NCBI RefSeq assembly: GCF_006345805.1
Contig: NC_043003.1
Coordinates: forward strand, 60,388,001 to 60,452,000
Origin: Octopus sinensis
Lineage: Eukaryota
Length of the DNA: 64,000 nt
Direction: 5' to 3'
In this document: positions 50,412 through 63,000 of the stretch, in pieces
How positions within the stretch are numbered: the first letter of the stretch is position 1
How the letters are laid out: each line of letters opens with the position of its first letter
Made by a program: the position numbers and the translations under genes
The notes under the pieces: model-generated
Seen by the model: the letters and a program-made list of their open reading frames with translations, nothing else
Told to the model about the DNA's origin: nothing
Database searches by the model: none

Positions 50412-52198
50412 GGAAAAAACGAAACTTGTCAATACGACATTTTAGCAAAAAATGATGGATTCGTATAGCGATAGACAGAACGCTATTAATATTGTTTAAA
50501 AAAACGTTATATGATATAACGTCATAAGTAGCTAACAAAGAGTAGGGATATTAATAGTGAATGTTAAATATAAAGGAAATTAAAGTCTAAACTATATATA
50601 ATGAAGAGACTACTTATATGCACTAAAAGTATGTTTTTGCCAATGCTTACATCTGTATGCTCGTTCTATAACCGTGTTTACTAGAGTATTTTTAGAAAAT
50701 AATGAAAATAGCTCAGAATTGCAGAGAAACAGAATTCTTTGCCTTTGTCATATGGTATCGAAATTGAGAGGATCAACCATTCCAAATGAAATTGTTCATT
50801 GTGGTCTTTTAAATTCCAATCAGTTTGCTGAGACCGGTACTATTCCGTTTATTTCTATCCCTAAATGTTGAGTAATGATAGAAATTCTCTTAGATAACTC
50901 TAACGATGTGCTTCCAATGTAAATTGTACTTTTACGAGTACTGATTATACACTGGTATATAGAATTTTTATCTTAGAGTTACTTGACATAAATTTAATTC
51001 TATGGGATTGACTTCAGATACAATAACCTTGTTTTAATATTTCTAGAGGGTTGGATGGTAGTAGCTAAATTAATGTTAGTATTAGTAAATGTATTAATAT
51101 TTACAGTTTGTTATTATGAGAAGATATAATTTGCAAGAGATTTTTTGTGTTTGAAAAACCTATCCTAACTTTATGTGAATTAATTATAGAGTAATATCTA
51201 GAATTATTGGAAAATTCCTAGCAATAGCTTGACGAACAGCAGTGGGAGATTAGATTTATTTGTCTCCCGTAAGGAATTATTAACCAAATATTTTTACTAG
51301 TATTCATAGCGTAATTACTTTTGAAGGTTTTATTTTACTTTTAGATCGGTAATAGGGGAATAAATAAGGGTTATCTGCCTTCATTCGCTTTGTATCGGTG
51401 CGTAAGTATGTTTGTTTCAATAATTCTTTTACGACTAGAAATCTTATCTACATTATTGAATTTACAATTAGACTGAGCAGAATCAATGTAGAAAATTTTT
51501 TCTGTATAACCTGCTTTGATTAAGGCAGAGTTATAGAATTCAGCGTTATTATTGAAAATATCAACATTAGCAGATAATTTAGATAATCTAAATGATAATT
51601 CTTAACTAAATTCTTAGTAATTGCTCCAGGATGATTACTAATTTGCTAATGTACTTAAGATTGGTCAACGGTTTATGATATGGGAAGTAAGAATCACTGT
51701 GTAAATTAAGCGTAATATCTAAAAAGTTGGCCTTCGTCAGATCGTCATCAAAAACGATTTTTAAGCCCATTCTACTGAAAAAATTAACTAAACTGTTCTT
51801 AACTTTTTGTACCTTTTGGTTAGAAACATTTTGGAGGTAAAGTAAACAATCATCACGATATAGACCTCCATAAATGTTAGGGAACTCTTCAGCCATTTCA
51901 AAAAGAATATATATACAGACCAAATCAGCTATCTGTGCTGAATCAGAACTTCCCATAGGTATATCGAAACTATCTGGTGTGTCTTTACGGACCACAACTT
52001 ATCATCAAATTTAATAATAGATCTTCTGGCTGCCAACACAACATTAATTTCTTCTCGGGTGAGACCAGCTTTGTTATGAGCAAGCCAAAGTGCCTTATTA
52101 AGTACTATTGGATTAATAGACGAATAAAAATTGGAAATATCAAACTGGATAAACTTCGTACTCACCTTACTGTCGTATTGACAAGTTTCGTTTTTTCC

Positions 52199-52283
52199 CT
52201 TTCCCGAAGAGAAGATTGCATTGTTTATACCTTTTATTCTTTTGAATAAGTATCAGTGGAATTTTTGAAACATATGTAGAAAG
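52199..52283 (+). ncRNA. Second intact copy of the U4C long-stem-II hammerhead
   Basis: ctttc CCGAAGA gaagattgcattg..cagtggaatttt T GAAA CATATG T A gaaag. Confidence 0.65.
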
Positions 52284-52625
52284 AAAAAATACTGTGTTTA
52301 AACCTGCGTTAACTCCATTTTTTATTCCTATTATTCAAATATTCAACGTAAACACGAAGTTTCAACCTTTATAAACAAGGAGTTACAACATCTTTACTTG
52401 TGAGATTTTTGCTGTCCTGGTAACTATTCATTCATTTATCCGTGTTAAATGTTAACAAGGTAAAATACACTCATCTATTTATATATATATATATATATAT
52501 ATCAATAACAAAGTGGAGTTGTGGGATATATACATACATATTTACATACATACATACATGCATGTATACATACGTATGTAAACATGTGCGTATAGTTTGT
52601 TTATAATACATATACATATATGCAG

Positions 52626-52668
<43 letters not shown>

Positions 52669-52878
52669 ATATATAATGTATATACATACATATAATAATA
52701 ATATTAGGGAGTATAACTCCAAACTTACAGGGAAAATTTCGATTTAATATTAAATCAAATTTCACAATATAAATAAAACCACTATTATGTAATTCAAACA
52801 AAAATATTTTATGCATACACACGCGCACACCCAACACACACACGTACACACACAACCACACCAAACACACACACACGT

Positions 52879-52940
<62 letters not shown>

Positions 52941-52960
52941 CGTATATATATATATACATA

Positions 52961-53026
<66 letters not shown>

Positions 53027-53381
53027 TGTGTGTGTGTGTGTGCGTGTGTGGTCTCTTTCGGGTGAGCGTTCTGAGTCTAGTTCTGGAAAGTGTGTTTTGT
53101 AAGCCTAAGACCACGCTGATGAGTTTGCAGATATTTACATTCGTAAATATTAACAAACGAAACTATTAGTGCGTAGATAATCGCTTTATATTTCGTATAT
53201 TTCCATTTTTCGTGCTCATTTTTACATTCTGGCATTTTGCTGAAATTTTTCTTGAGAACACATTGTTTGTAGTAAGGCGATTTGACGTGTATCTTAAGCA
53301 TATTAGGAGTCCACTTTGGTGTTCATTTCTCTTAATTTGTATGTAATATATACATACATATGTATATTTGTATTTATGTAT

Positions 53382-53426
<45 letters not shown>

Positions 53427-55476
53427 TCGTGTATGTATGTATGTATGCGTGAGCACGCACATATTTGTGAATGCATATGTGTGTGTACTTGTGCGTGCGT
53501 ATGTATGTATATATTATGTATGCATGTATGTATGCCTCTGTGTATAGCCTCTGTGCTAGTAACAAATATAGTAGAGTGGAGGCTGAGGTTTGGATACAGG
53601 CAGCGCTGGTGGAAATGCTGAGAGACTCGTAGGTCGTATTCTTATGCAACGAACAAAGTCGATACTACGGCTATTTACACGTCTATTTTTTTGGTATTTT
53701 ACCTCAACTTACCAGCCAGCCAGCCAGTTATCGGTATCGAATGCCCCTTCACCAACCATCGTCTTTGTCGTAAACCATGGTCACACACACACACACGTGT
53801 GTGTGTGAATATGTATGTGCTTATGTGTGTATGCGTTTGTGCGTGGTTGTGACCAAAGTTTTGATTGTGCGTATTTACTTTTTAGTCATGTTATTTTAAA
53901 AGATCTACTGGTTATATACTTACAATTATACGCAAATCTTTTATTATAATTCCTGTTTAATAACGTGTATGTATGTGTGTACGCGTATGTGTGTGTGTGT
54001 ACATGCATGTGAGCGTACAATTAACATAATGTGTTTTCAGGAGTAGTAACCATTGTGAGACACCAAACCGCCTGCAAGACTTGTATTGGAAGAATTAGAA
54101 AATAATAGTATTGCTAGCACGCCATTGTATGGAAGGGAGAGAACTGTGTTGACCTTTGACGAAATGGTTAACTGACGTCAGATTTCAATAGATCTCATGA
54201 TTGATCGACTATTCAAACTGTCATCTTTGTGACATTGTTCCATACAAAGATACAGAAATTAATTCACAGTCATCGATTGACATTTTGTCCAGTTCAGATC
54301 ATTCTGCTATCAGGTTGTAATTTTGCAGTTATTTGAATGGATAAATAAATTTAAAAAGAACCATTCGATAGGCAAATATCAAAAGTATACTATTTCATTC
54401 GTAACAATATTGATTTATTTTAACACGGAATGAAGGCCACCATTTGAATGATAGGAAGACAGTATGGACATTTGAGTCTCAGTATATCACTAGTACCATT
54501 TTATCAAGAACTTTTATGAAAGCCTCGAAAAGGGAGTGGCAAATACCCACTTCGTTTGGCGTGATTCCTTTAAAAGGGAAAATAATTTCATTTCATTAGG
54601 GATAATACATTTTCTGTATTACTAGGGAATTATATGCAGGATCTTGAAAACCTAGTTCCACTTTTAAATAGCTCGCTGAAAATTATTCTGGAGCAACAAT
54701 ATCAGTTGATACACCATGGCAGAAAGAATGTTTCTCTCTACTCAACCAAGAGAAGATGTTTTGCTAATAAACTGACATTTGTTGAAGAAATTTCTAACTA
54801 CCGCTTTGGGCGCCTTTTGCCACAAGATGCAGACCTTGTTAAACTATGGTAACTTGTGAGCCTCTATGGCCCAGAGAATTATGCCATCGGAGCGCAATTT
54901 TCTGGTGGGCTCTCCTATAGGTCAAATAGATAGTGGATAAAGTTGGTCCAAATAGATATGGGCCAAATTTACACAGAAGTATAAACGGTTTTACGTTGGC
55001 CCAACGATCCTATCTAGAAAGGGCAAAGTTGACATTACAAGACCAGAAACACCTGGGAGAAGGAGGCCTTTAATCAGGGAAGCAGAAAAGACAGATCATA
55101 TAACAGTGGAGAAAAGTCGTCGTTGGCCGACGCTTTACTGGGAGTAAAAGGCTTAAGTAAATATTTGGACGCCAGATGAAATTGAATGACATTCTGGTGA
55201 GATCTGATCTCGAGCGAACAATATTACATATATTAATAATGTCTTGTACATCTTTTCTATGACTCTGTAGCCCTTGTTTATTTAAGTTCGTAGTCCAGCG
55301 TTGGGGTAGAGAATATGTACGCGACAGAATGCAGGAAAGTGAACCTATCCGCCTATAGCTCGGGAAGGACTTTGATTTCTGGACACGGAAACACACACAC
55401 ACACACATGTATGTGTCATGTATGCATGAATGTATGGTAGCAAACATAAGCACAAAGACGACCACTTACGTATATA

Positions 55477-55520
<44 letters not shown>

Positions 55521-55711
55521 CGTGTGTGTGTGTGTATACATATATAAATATATATGTGTGTATATATACATGTATATATATATGTGTGTGTGTGTGTAGA
55601 TATATGTATGTATACACACACACATATGTACGTACATATATTATATACACATGTATACATGTATGTATGCATGTATGTATGTACGTCATTATTCAGTTTA
55701 TTTCACGATTT

Positions 55712-55991
55712 CTCGAGCCACACCAGGCTCATAAGGGCCGGTTTTCCGGTTTCCTTGACGTATAGGGTCCCCACCTGGATGGGACGCCGGTCCGTCGCAG
55801 GTGAGCTGCAAGATGCAAGAGGAAAGAGTGAGAGAAAGTTGTGGCGAAAGAGTCAGCAGAAGTTCGCCATTACATTCAGCCGTAGACGCGTGGAGCTTAG
55901 GTGTTTCCACACACATCGCTCGTTCTGAGATTTAAACCCGCGATCCCTCGACCACGAATCCGCTGCTCTAACCACTAGGCCATGTGCCTCC
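55712..55991 (-). mobile_element. tRNA-derived SINE (body X, tail alpha)
   Basis: Homologous to 34012-34307. Confidence 0.85.
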
Positions 55992-56686
55992 ACTTAAGTG
56001 ACGTTAGTTCATATAAAAAAGAATACTTAAAAATGAACGTATCAACCAGTTAACTACGTTAAGTTAAACTAAAATACTTTTAATTTTGCGTTAGTTCAGT
56101 TAACAATCTGCTCTAAAAAATATAATACTAAACAAAATTAAATGTTCACACTACTTTTACTACTGTTCTACAACTTGTTCAGTTGTACTGCTTCAAGCAC
56201 AAATTCTTCAAAATAAAACTCGGTTATACGTAGTCACGCACATGAAGATACAACCATACAGATAATAGACACACAGTTGTGGTAATTCATATGTAAAAGC
56301 ATGTATGTATGTATGTATATTTGTACGTCTGTATGTGTAAGCATATATATATATACATACACATATATATATATATGTATAATATTTACACACACACATA
56401 TAAGATAAACGTTTGTATTTAGAATTAGATGGGAAAATACCCTTCGAAACAGATTTTCTAAATTCTAAAGAATAAATTATGTGTTACTTTAAACTGTTAA
56501 GTGATACATTAAATTACTGGAGATACCTCAGCTACAGCTTTGAGGTGAACATTGTTGGACAATATTTACCAAAACCAGGAAAATGCATGTGTACTTGACT
56601 GCCGAAATGTAAATCTGATAATTGTTGTTAGCGCAGATTCAGCTTTAACATATGTGCATGTGTATTTATGTATATATATATAATTA

Positions 56687-56971
56687 GGAGCACTCCGTCG
56701 GTTACGACGATGAGGTTTCCAGTTGATACGATCAACGGAACAGCAAGTGGCTGAGCACTCCACAGACACGTGTACCCTTAACGTAGTTCTCAGGGAGATT
56801 CAGCGTGACAAGGCTGGCCCTTTGAAATACAGGTACTACTCATTTTTGCCAGCTGAGTGGACTCGGGCAACGTGAAATAAAATAAAGTGTCTTGCTCAAG
56901 GACACAACGCGTCTTTGAACTCACGACCATACGATCATGAGCCGAATGCCCTAACCACTAAGCCACATGCC
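56687..56971 (-). mobile_element. tRNA-derived SINE (body Y, tail beta)
   Basis: Tail GTCGGTTACGACGATGAGGTTTCCAGTTGATACGATCAACGG joined to body ACTCATTTTTGCCAGCTGAGTGGACT. Confidence 0.85.
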
Positions 56972-57020
56972 GTGTTCAGCACTCATTCTCGTATTCGACA
57001 TTTACGTATATATATTATTT

Positions 57021-57396
57021 TTACGTGGCACTCTGTCGGTTACGGCGAGAGGGTTCCAGCTGATCCGATCAACAGAACAACCTGCACGTGAAATTAACTT
57101 GCAAGTGGATGAGCAATCCACAGACACATTGCACCCTTAACGTAGGAGATTCAGGGATATTCAGCGTGACACAGAGTGTGACAAGGCTGACCCTTTGAAA
57201 TACAGGTGCAACAGAAATCGGAGGAGAGAATGTTGTGGTGAAAGAGTATAGCAGGATTCACCACCACCCCTGCCGGAGCCTCGTGGATCTTTTGGTGTTT
57301 TCGCTCAATAAACACTCACAATGCCCGATCTGGAAATCTAAACCGCGGTCCTATGACCGCGAGTCAGCTGCCCTAACCACTGGGCCTTTGCGCCCA
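57021..57396 (-). mobile_element. tRNA-derived SINE (body X, tail beta)
   Basis: Same tail as 56687 joined to body GAGAATGTTGTGGTGAAAGAG. Confidence 0.8.
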
Positions 57397-57530
57397 CCCA
57401 CCCCCATATAAAGCACCAATCCAGAACACCACAGATAAATATATGAATGAGAAGGAAGGCGAAACAAGTCTAAAACCTGGAAACAGTGAAGGGGAATCTA
57501 GTGATTATGATACTATAAAAATGAGCATAT

Positions 57531-57728
57531 TCAATACCAGCAGATGGCGACGTTTCTCTAAAAGAAATGGAGAAACTTTCAAAATACAAAGACCTGGAAA
57601 TAGGAGTAACTCGAATGTGGAATCTAAAACCAGAAACAATTCCTATCATAGTGCATTACGTATGATAAAAATATTCAGATAAATACATAACAAAAACACC
57701 AGGACTTACAAATATATGTAACATACAG
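57531..57728 (+). mobile_element. Separate 3' fragment of an R4/Dong element
   Basis: Matches 60117-60318 (GTTTCTCTAAAAGAAATGGAGAAACTTTCAAAATACAAAGACCTGGAAATAG). Confidence 0.85.
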
Positions 57729-57734
57729 ATTTCA

Positions 57735-60474
57735 AAATGGACCCAAAAATCAAAATAGACAATAAAAAAACAACATCAATAATAAATAGCATAAACCTGG
57801 CCGTCACAGAACTAATACCCACAGAAACAAATCTCAATATCACTGTGCTAACAAACAAACCCTGTGGATAAAAAATAACCAAAAAGAAAAAAAAAGAAAA
57901 GTTCTGTCAAAGAAGAAAACAAAACTACTGTGCAAATACATTACAGAAAAAAATTAACTGAGATAAAAGAAAAGCTAAAGCAAGATATCTTTGTCAAAGC
58001 ACAAAGGATCCGCCGGTATGAGAAACGCCAACAATTCTTTGAAGAAAACAAACACTTCAGCTCCAACCCCAAAAAATTCTACCAAGAACTTAGCAAAAAT
58101 AAAATTTACATCAATGCAGCACCTACAGCAGAAGAAGTGAAAGAATTTTAGAAAGAAATATGGTCGGTGAAGGAACAACCGCAGAAAAGGACTATTAAAA
58201 CAACGAACTTAGCACCTGAACAACTCTGGACCCCTATAACAACTGAAGAGGTTACCCAAAGACTGCAAAGGCTAAGCAACTGGAAGGCACCTAGGCACGA
58301 CAAGATGCCCAACTTCTGGTTAAAATATCTGACAGGAATACACAAAAAGCTGGCTGAAAACTTTAACGACTTACTATCAGAGACAGAGACTATGCCTGGA
58401 TGTTTCACGAAAAGGAAGACTATCCTAATTCTCAAATCCACTGAAACTGCAAAACCACAAAACTACAGACTAATAACCTGTCTCCCTACAATTTACAAAA
58501 CCTTTAGTGCAATAATATTGCAAAGATTGAGCAAACATCTGGAAGAAAACAGTTTGTTTCCAGAAGAGCAAAAGAGATGATGCTAGGGCTCATACGGCTG
58601 TAAAGACCAAAAAATGATCAATAAAGCCATAACTGAAGACAGCCGTAGAAAGAAGAAAGGTCTCAGTATGGCCTGGGTCGACTACCAAAAGGCTTTTGAT
58701 ACTATTTCCCACACGTGGATCCTCGAAACACTAGCCATGAACAAGGTAGCACCAATAATCATAAAATACATAAGTCACTCAATGAATAAATGTCAGATAG
58801 TAATACAGCTCCAAACAAAAGAGGAACACGTAAAAACTAAAGCCATCCCCATTAGAAGAGGAATATTCCAGGGAGACACACTCTCTCCACTCCATTTTTA
58901 CTTGGCACTGACACCTTTATCTGACATACTAAATAGAACTGAATGCGGATACAAATGTTACGGCAAAACAATCAGCTACCTCTTATATATGGATGGCCTT
59001 AAAATATATGCTACAAATGATAAACAGCTGGAAACACTACTACAGATAGTACATGGATTTACCAAAGAAATAGATATGAAATTTGGCTTAGAAAAATGTG
59101 CCAATGCAACCTTGAAAAAAACAGTTAAGAATAACAACATCATACTAGATAAAGCCAATGAAATAAGATAATTAAACCAAAGCCAGACATAGAAATATTT
59201 AAGAATCAATGAACTAGATACGATACAACACACGCAAATGAAAGAGAAAATAAAGAAAGAATACTATAGACGAGTTAGATCAATACTGAAAAATGAGCTT
59301 AATGCTAAAACAAGATAATATGTATTAACACTCTAGCCGTCCCAGTTATAAATTACAGCTACAATATCCTTAGCTGGACACTAAATGAACTAACCAAAAT
59401 AGACAGGAAAACAAGAAAAATAATGACAAGATCTAGGATGCACCACCCAGAATCTGACATAGAAAGGCTAAATATACAACTTATAGAAGGCGGTAGAGGC
59501 CTTATACAGCTGGAAAACTATTATAAAATAACCACTATAGGACTGCAAAAATACCTACTTCAGAAGCAAGGAAAACTAATGCAAATAGCTACAAAACACG
59601 AGCAAAAGAAAAAACAGTTTTCAGTATTTAAGGAAGATGATAAATACAAACAAGAAATCATACAACCTCACAAATATGAAGAAGAAGAAGAAGAAGAAGA
59701 AGAAGAAGAAGAAGAAGAAGAAGAAGAAGAAGAAGAAGAAGAAGAAGAAGAAGAAGAAGAAGAAGAAGAAGAAGAAACAACAAAAGCTATAAAACAAATG
59801 AAATCCAAACTCAAACTAGAACAGCAACAGACCATGATAAAACGAGGGAAAGAAAAGCCCCTTCATGGCAAATACTGGGCTAAACTAAATGCAAAAGAAA
59901 TAGACAGAGAAAAATCCCTACATACACTAGATGCCAACACTATGGAATAACAACAGAAAAAAGATGGTATAAGCACACGCCAGAAAAGGTCATACAAAAC
60001 GAGAAAGCAACCATACTCTGGGATATGCCAATACACACAGATAGAGAAATTAAGGCCAATAGGCTAGATATAGTTGTCAGGGATCATGAAGAAAAAAATG
60101 CTTTCTAATTGATGTATCAATACCAACAGATGACAACGTTTCTCTAAAAGAAATGGAGAAACTTTCAAAATACAAAGACCTGGAAATAGTTAACTCAAAT
60201 ATAGAATCTAAAACAGAAACAATTCCTACCATAGTAGGTGCATTAGGTATGATAAAAAAAAACATTCAGATAAATATATAACAAAAACACCAGGACTTAC
60301 AAATATATATGACATACAGAAAATTGCACTACTGGGCACTGCACACATCCTACGCAAAGCACTTTCAATGCAGTAACCATAAGAGCATCACAGCAAACCA
60401 CAGCACATACCCAAGGAACACAGAGCTGCACTCGGTAGTGAAGTGGAAGCACGTTATAAAAACTACTGAATAAT
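57735..60474 (+). mobile_element. R4/Dong-clade non-LTR retrotransposon (RT plus restriction-like endonuclease), degenerate
   Basis: NWKAPRHD..NFWLK, NYRLITCLPTIYK, WVDYQKAFD, RRGIFQGDTLSP, LLYMDGLK, DIVV..LIDVSIP..KLSKYKDL; ends in AATAAT. Confidence 0.9.
59678..59776 (+). repeat. (GAA)33 inside the R4 ORF, in frame (poly-Glu)
   Basis: Direct reading; 99 bp. Confidence 0.95.
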
Positions 60475-60635
60475 ATGAGGTATACTTGCCATCTCAATAT
60501 GGCTAACCACTAAGGGTGTGTGTTACTGTAGCTTGTAGCCCCAGGAGAACATCGTCTCCAGCTGGGGGCTACAAGCTACAGTAACACCCACCCTTAGTGG
60601 TTAGCCATATTGAGATGGCAAGTATACCTCACATT
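60472..60635. repeat. 164-bp near-perfect palindrome
   Basis: About 72-bp arms with about 2 substitutions and 1 indel; inner GAGA-acatcg-TCTC stem. Confidence 0.9.
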
Positions 60636-60697
60636 GTCGTGCAGTTACTGTTTATACTTCGTTCAGAGATTTATTATTACTGAATAATAATAATTAT

Positions 60698-60918
60698 GAT
60701 TTTAAATTTTGGCACAAGGCCAGCAATTTCAGAGATGGGGTAAGTCAGTTGCATCAACTCCAGTATTCAACTGGTACTTATTTTATCGACCTCGAAAGGA
60801 TGAAAGGTAAAGTCTACCGCGGCTAAATTTGAACTTTGAACTCAGAAAGGTAAAGACGAACGAAATGTTGCGTAGCATTTTCTCCAACGTGCTAACGATT
60901 CTGCCAGCTGACCGTCTT
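60698..60918 (-). mobile_element. SINE family N
   Basis: CAACTGGTACTTATTTTATCGACCTCGAAAGGATGAAAGG. Confidence 0.8.
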
Positions 60919-61024
60919 GCGGGAACAGATATCCTAGATTGCGCTAAGTAGGTGCAAGCTTGTACACCGAAAGTTCGACGTCAAACACGAAAAGATTTAT
61001 AACAACAGCAATAAGCTCAGACCC

Positions 61025-61105
<81 letters not shown>

Positions 61106-61147
61106 AAGAAGATAAAGAAGAAGTAGAGCAACAACAACAACAACAAC
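61025..61147. repeat. Compound (AAT)n(GAA)n(CAA)n microsatellite
   Basis: Direct reading. Confidence 0.95.
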
Positions 61148-61312
61148 AGTACAATGTTATTCATGCAGAGGTAAATTTACTTGCATTTATAAAAGTAGTT
61201 ACGTTTCACCCACAACTTATTCATACGCAAGCGAAGCATAGAATGCACATTTTATGTATGTGTGTGTGTGTGCGTGCGTGCATATATGTGTATATATATA
61301 TGCATATATATT

Positions 61313-61384
<72 letters not shown>

Positions 61385-62389
61385 ATATATGTATATGTGT
61401 GTGTATAACACACAGACACATACACGCAAACGCCTACATATATATATATGTATATATGTATATTTGTACAAATTATACTTGAAGAAAAAGCATAGTATAA
61501 AACATGTGTGATGAGTAAGGATTTTTTTTTTCTTTTTCCTGGGAAAATCCTTTGCCGCCATTATGATTGTCAGTTATTATTCATACCAAACAGCATAGAT
61601 GGAGTTATTGTACATTAAATCTATTTAGTGTTTCTTACTCGGTGCTGATTCATTATTATCAGGTCATTTCATCTATTCCCACATCATCCACGAATGAAAT
61701 CGCTGTTTTAGTGTCTTAAATGAGACGTCGAATATTTCCTTCGGGCTAATTTCTTGCACATGCAGTCAACAATTTCTGTTAATTTCTATCCACCTTCACC
61801 ACCGCCGCCGTCACCACCACCACCACCATCACCACCGCTGCCGCCGCCGCCACCACCAGTAATGCTGTCGTCGCTTCAACACTACTACTAACTTACCACC
61901 ACCACCGCCCTGTCACTTGCGAAATAAATGGGGGTGGAGGAGAAGGATGGATCGAGAGACAGAGTAATGCTCAACTACTGAAGGCTTCATTGTCGATCAA
62001 ACCTTGAAATTCTTCTCCTCAACAGATCATTCATGGTGACTACCGTGAAAGAAAACTTACAGTTAGATGCAGTTTGCATGCTTTGCGAGGAGTCTTCCAC
62101 AACGAAGATATGTGCACGCGATCCTTTTTGCCAGAGAAATCAGCATCCTGCTGGTTTTAAGTTCTCTGCTGAAGAGGAAATCTAAAGATGTCTGTTGGTA
62201 GTGCCAATCATTTAATTTACCTTACCACGCAAGCTCAATAAATATCTGTGTTGTAAAATACCTTCCGAGACCGCCACCAGAGGGCGCTCACTGAATATTT
62301 CTTAAAACTCAGTCGACTGTCTCATTGCCTTTATCTCTCACAAATATTGATTTTCTCTCTATATTTGTATATTGGTGTATGTTGGTGTA

Positions 62390-63000
62390 GACGAGATATA
62401 GAGTTGATGCAATCGAATCCATTATATGACGGATCCCCATGTTATCTACCCCGAAGAATTAAAATGCATAGTTGAGCCCTGCGGGATTTTGAACTGATTC
62501 AGGTGAATTTACTTAATAACGCTGTTCAGCTTGTGTTTAACTATAGTTTCTCATGTAAATCACTATAGTTTCACTTTATTCATTTCTTTCTATTTTCAAC
62601 AACGGTTTCTTATTTAAGCACAGTGCCAGTAGTTTTGAGTGGAGTAGACTAGCCAGTAGCATCGAACACGGTATTATTTATTTTATCAATCCTAGGTGGG
62701 TGGGGTGGTGGGATGAAGAAGAATGACGGACGAAGCTATTTCAATTCAGAGCGCAAAAAGCTAGAATATATACCGCAAACCATTTTTTACGACGCACTTA
62801 CGATTCTGCCAGCTCTCCGGCGTTATGATGATTTTGATTAGGTACAAGGCTAGTAATTGTTAGTGTATTAATTACTCAATTACATCCAGCCTGGAGGGAT
62901 GAAAAGTAAAACAGGTCTCGGCTAGATTTGAACTGAGAAAGCACTATGTTGGGCCAAATTCCGCAAGGCGTCTTTCCGATTCTCCGCTTGCCGCCTTTCT
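62390..63000 (-). mobile_element. Cluster of about three very degenerate family N SINEs
   Basis: Repeated remnants CCCCGAAGAATTAAAA, GGATGAAAAGTAAAACAGGTCTCGGC, GATTCTGCCAGCTC. Confidence 0.55.

Larger units (their letters stand above)
50284..52332 (-). mobile_element. Naiad-type PLE, degenerate, with about 160-bp inverted termini
   Basis: FIQFDISNFYSSI, FDIPMGSSDSAQIADLVCIYIL, GLYRDDCL, NFLDITLNL, IYQC..IYIGST; 50284-50445 is the reverse complement of 52172-52332. Confidence 0.9.

Noticed and set aside
54634-54852. 72-aa ORF as a gene
   Set aside because: No recognisable domain or splice support.
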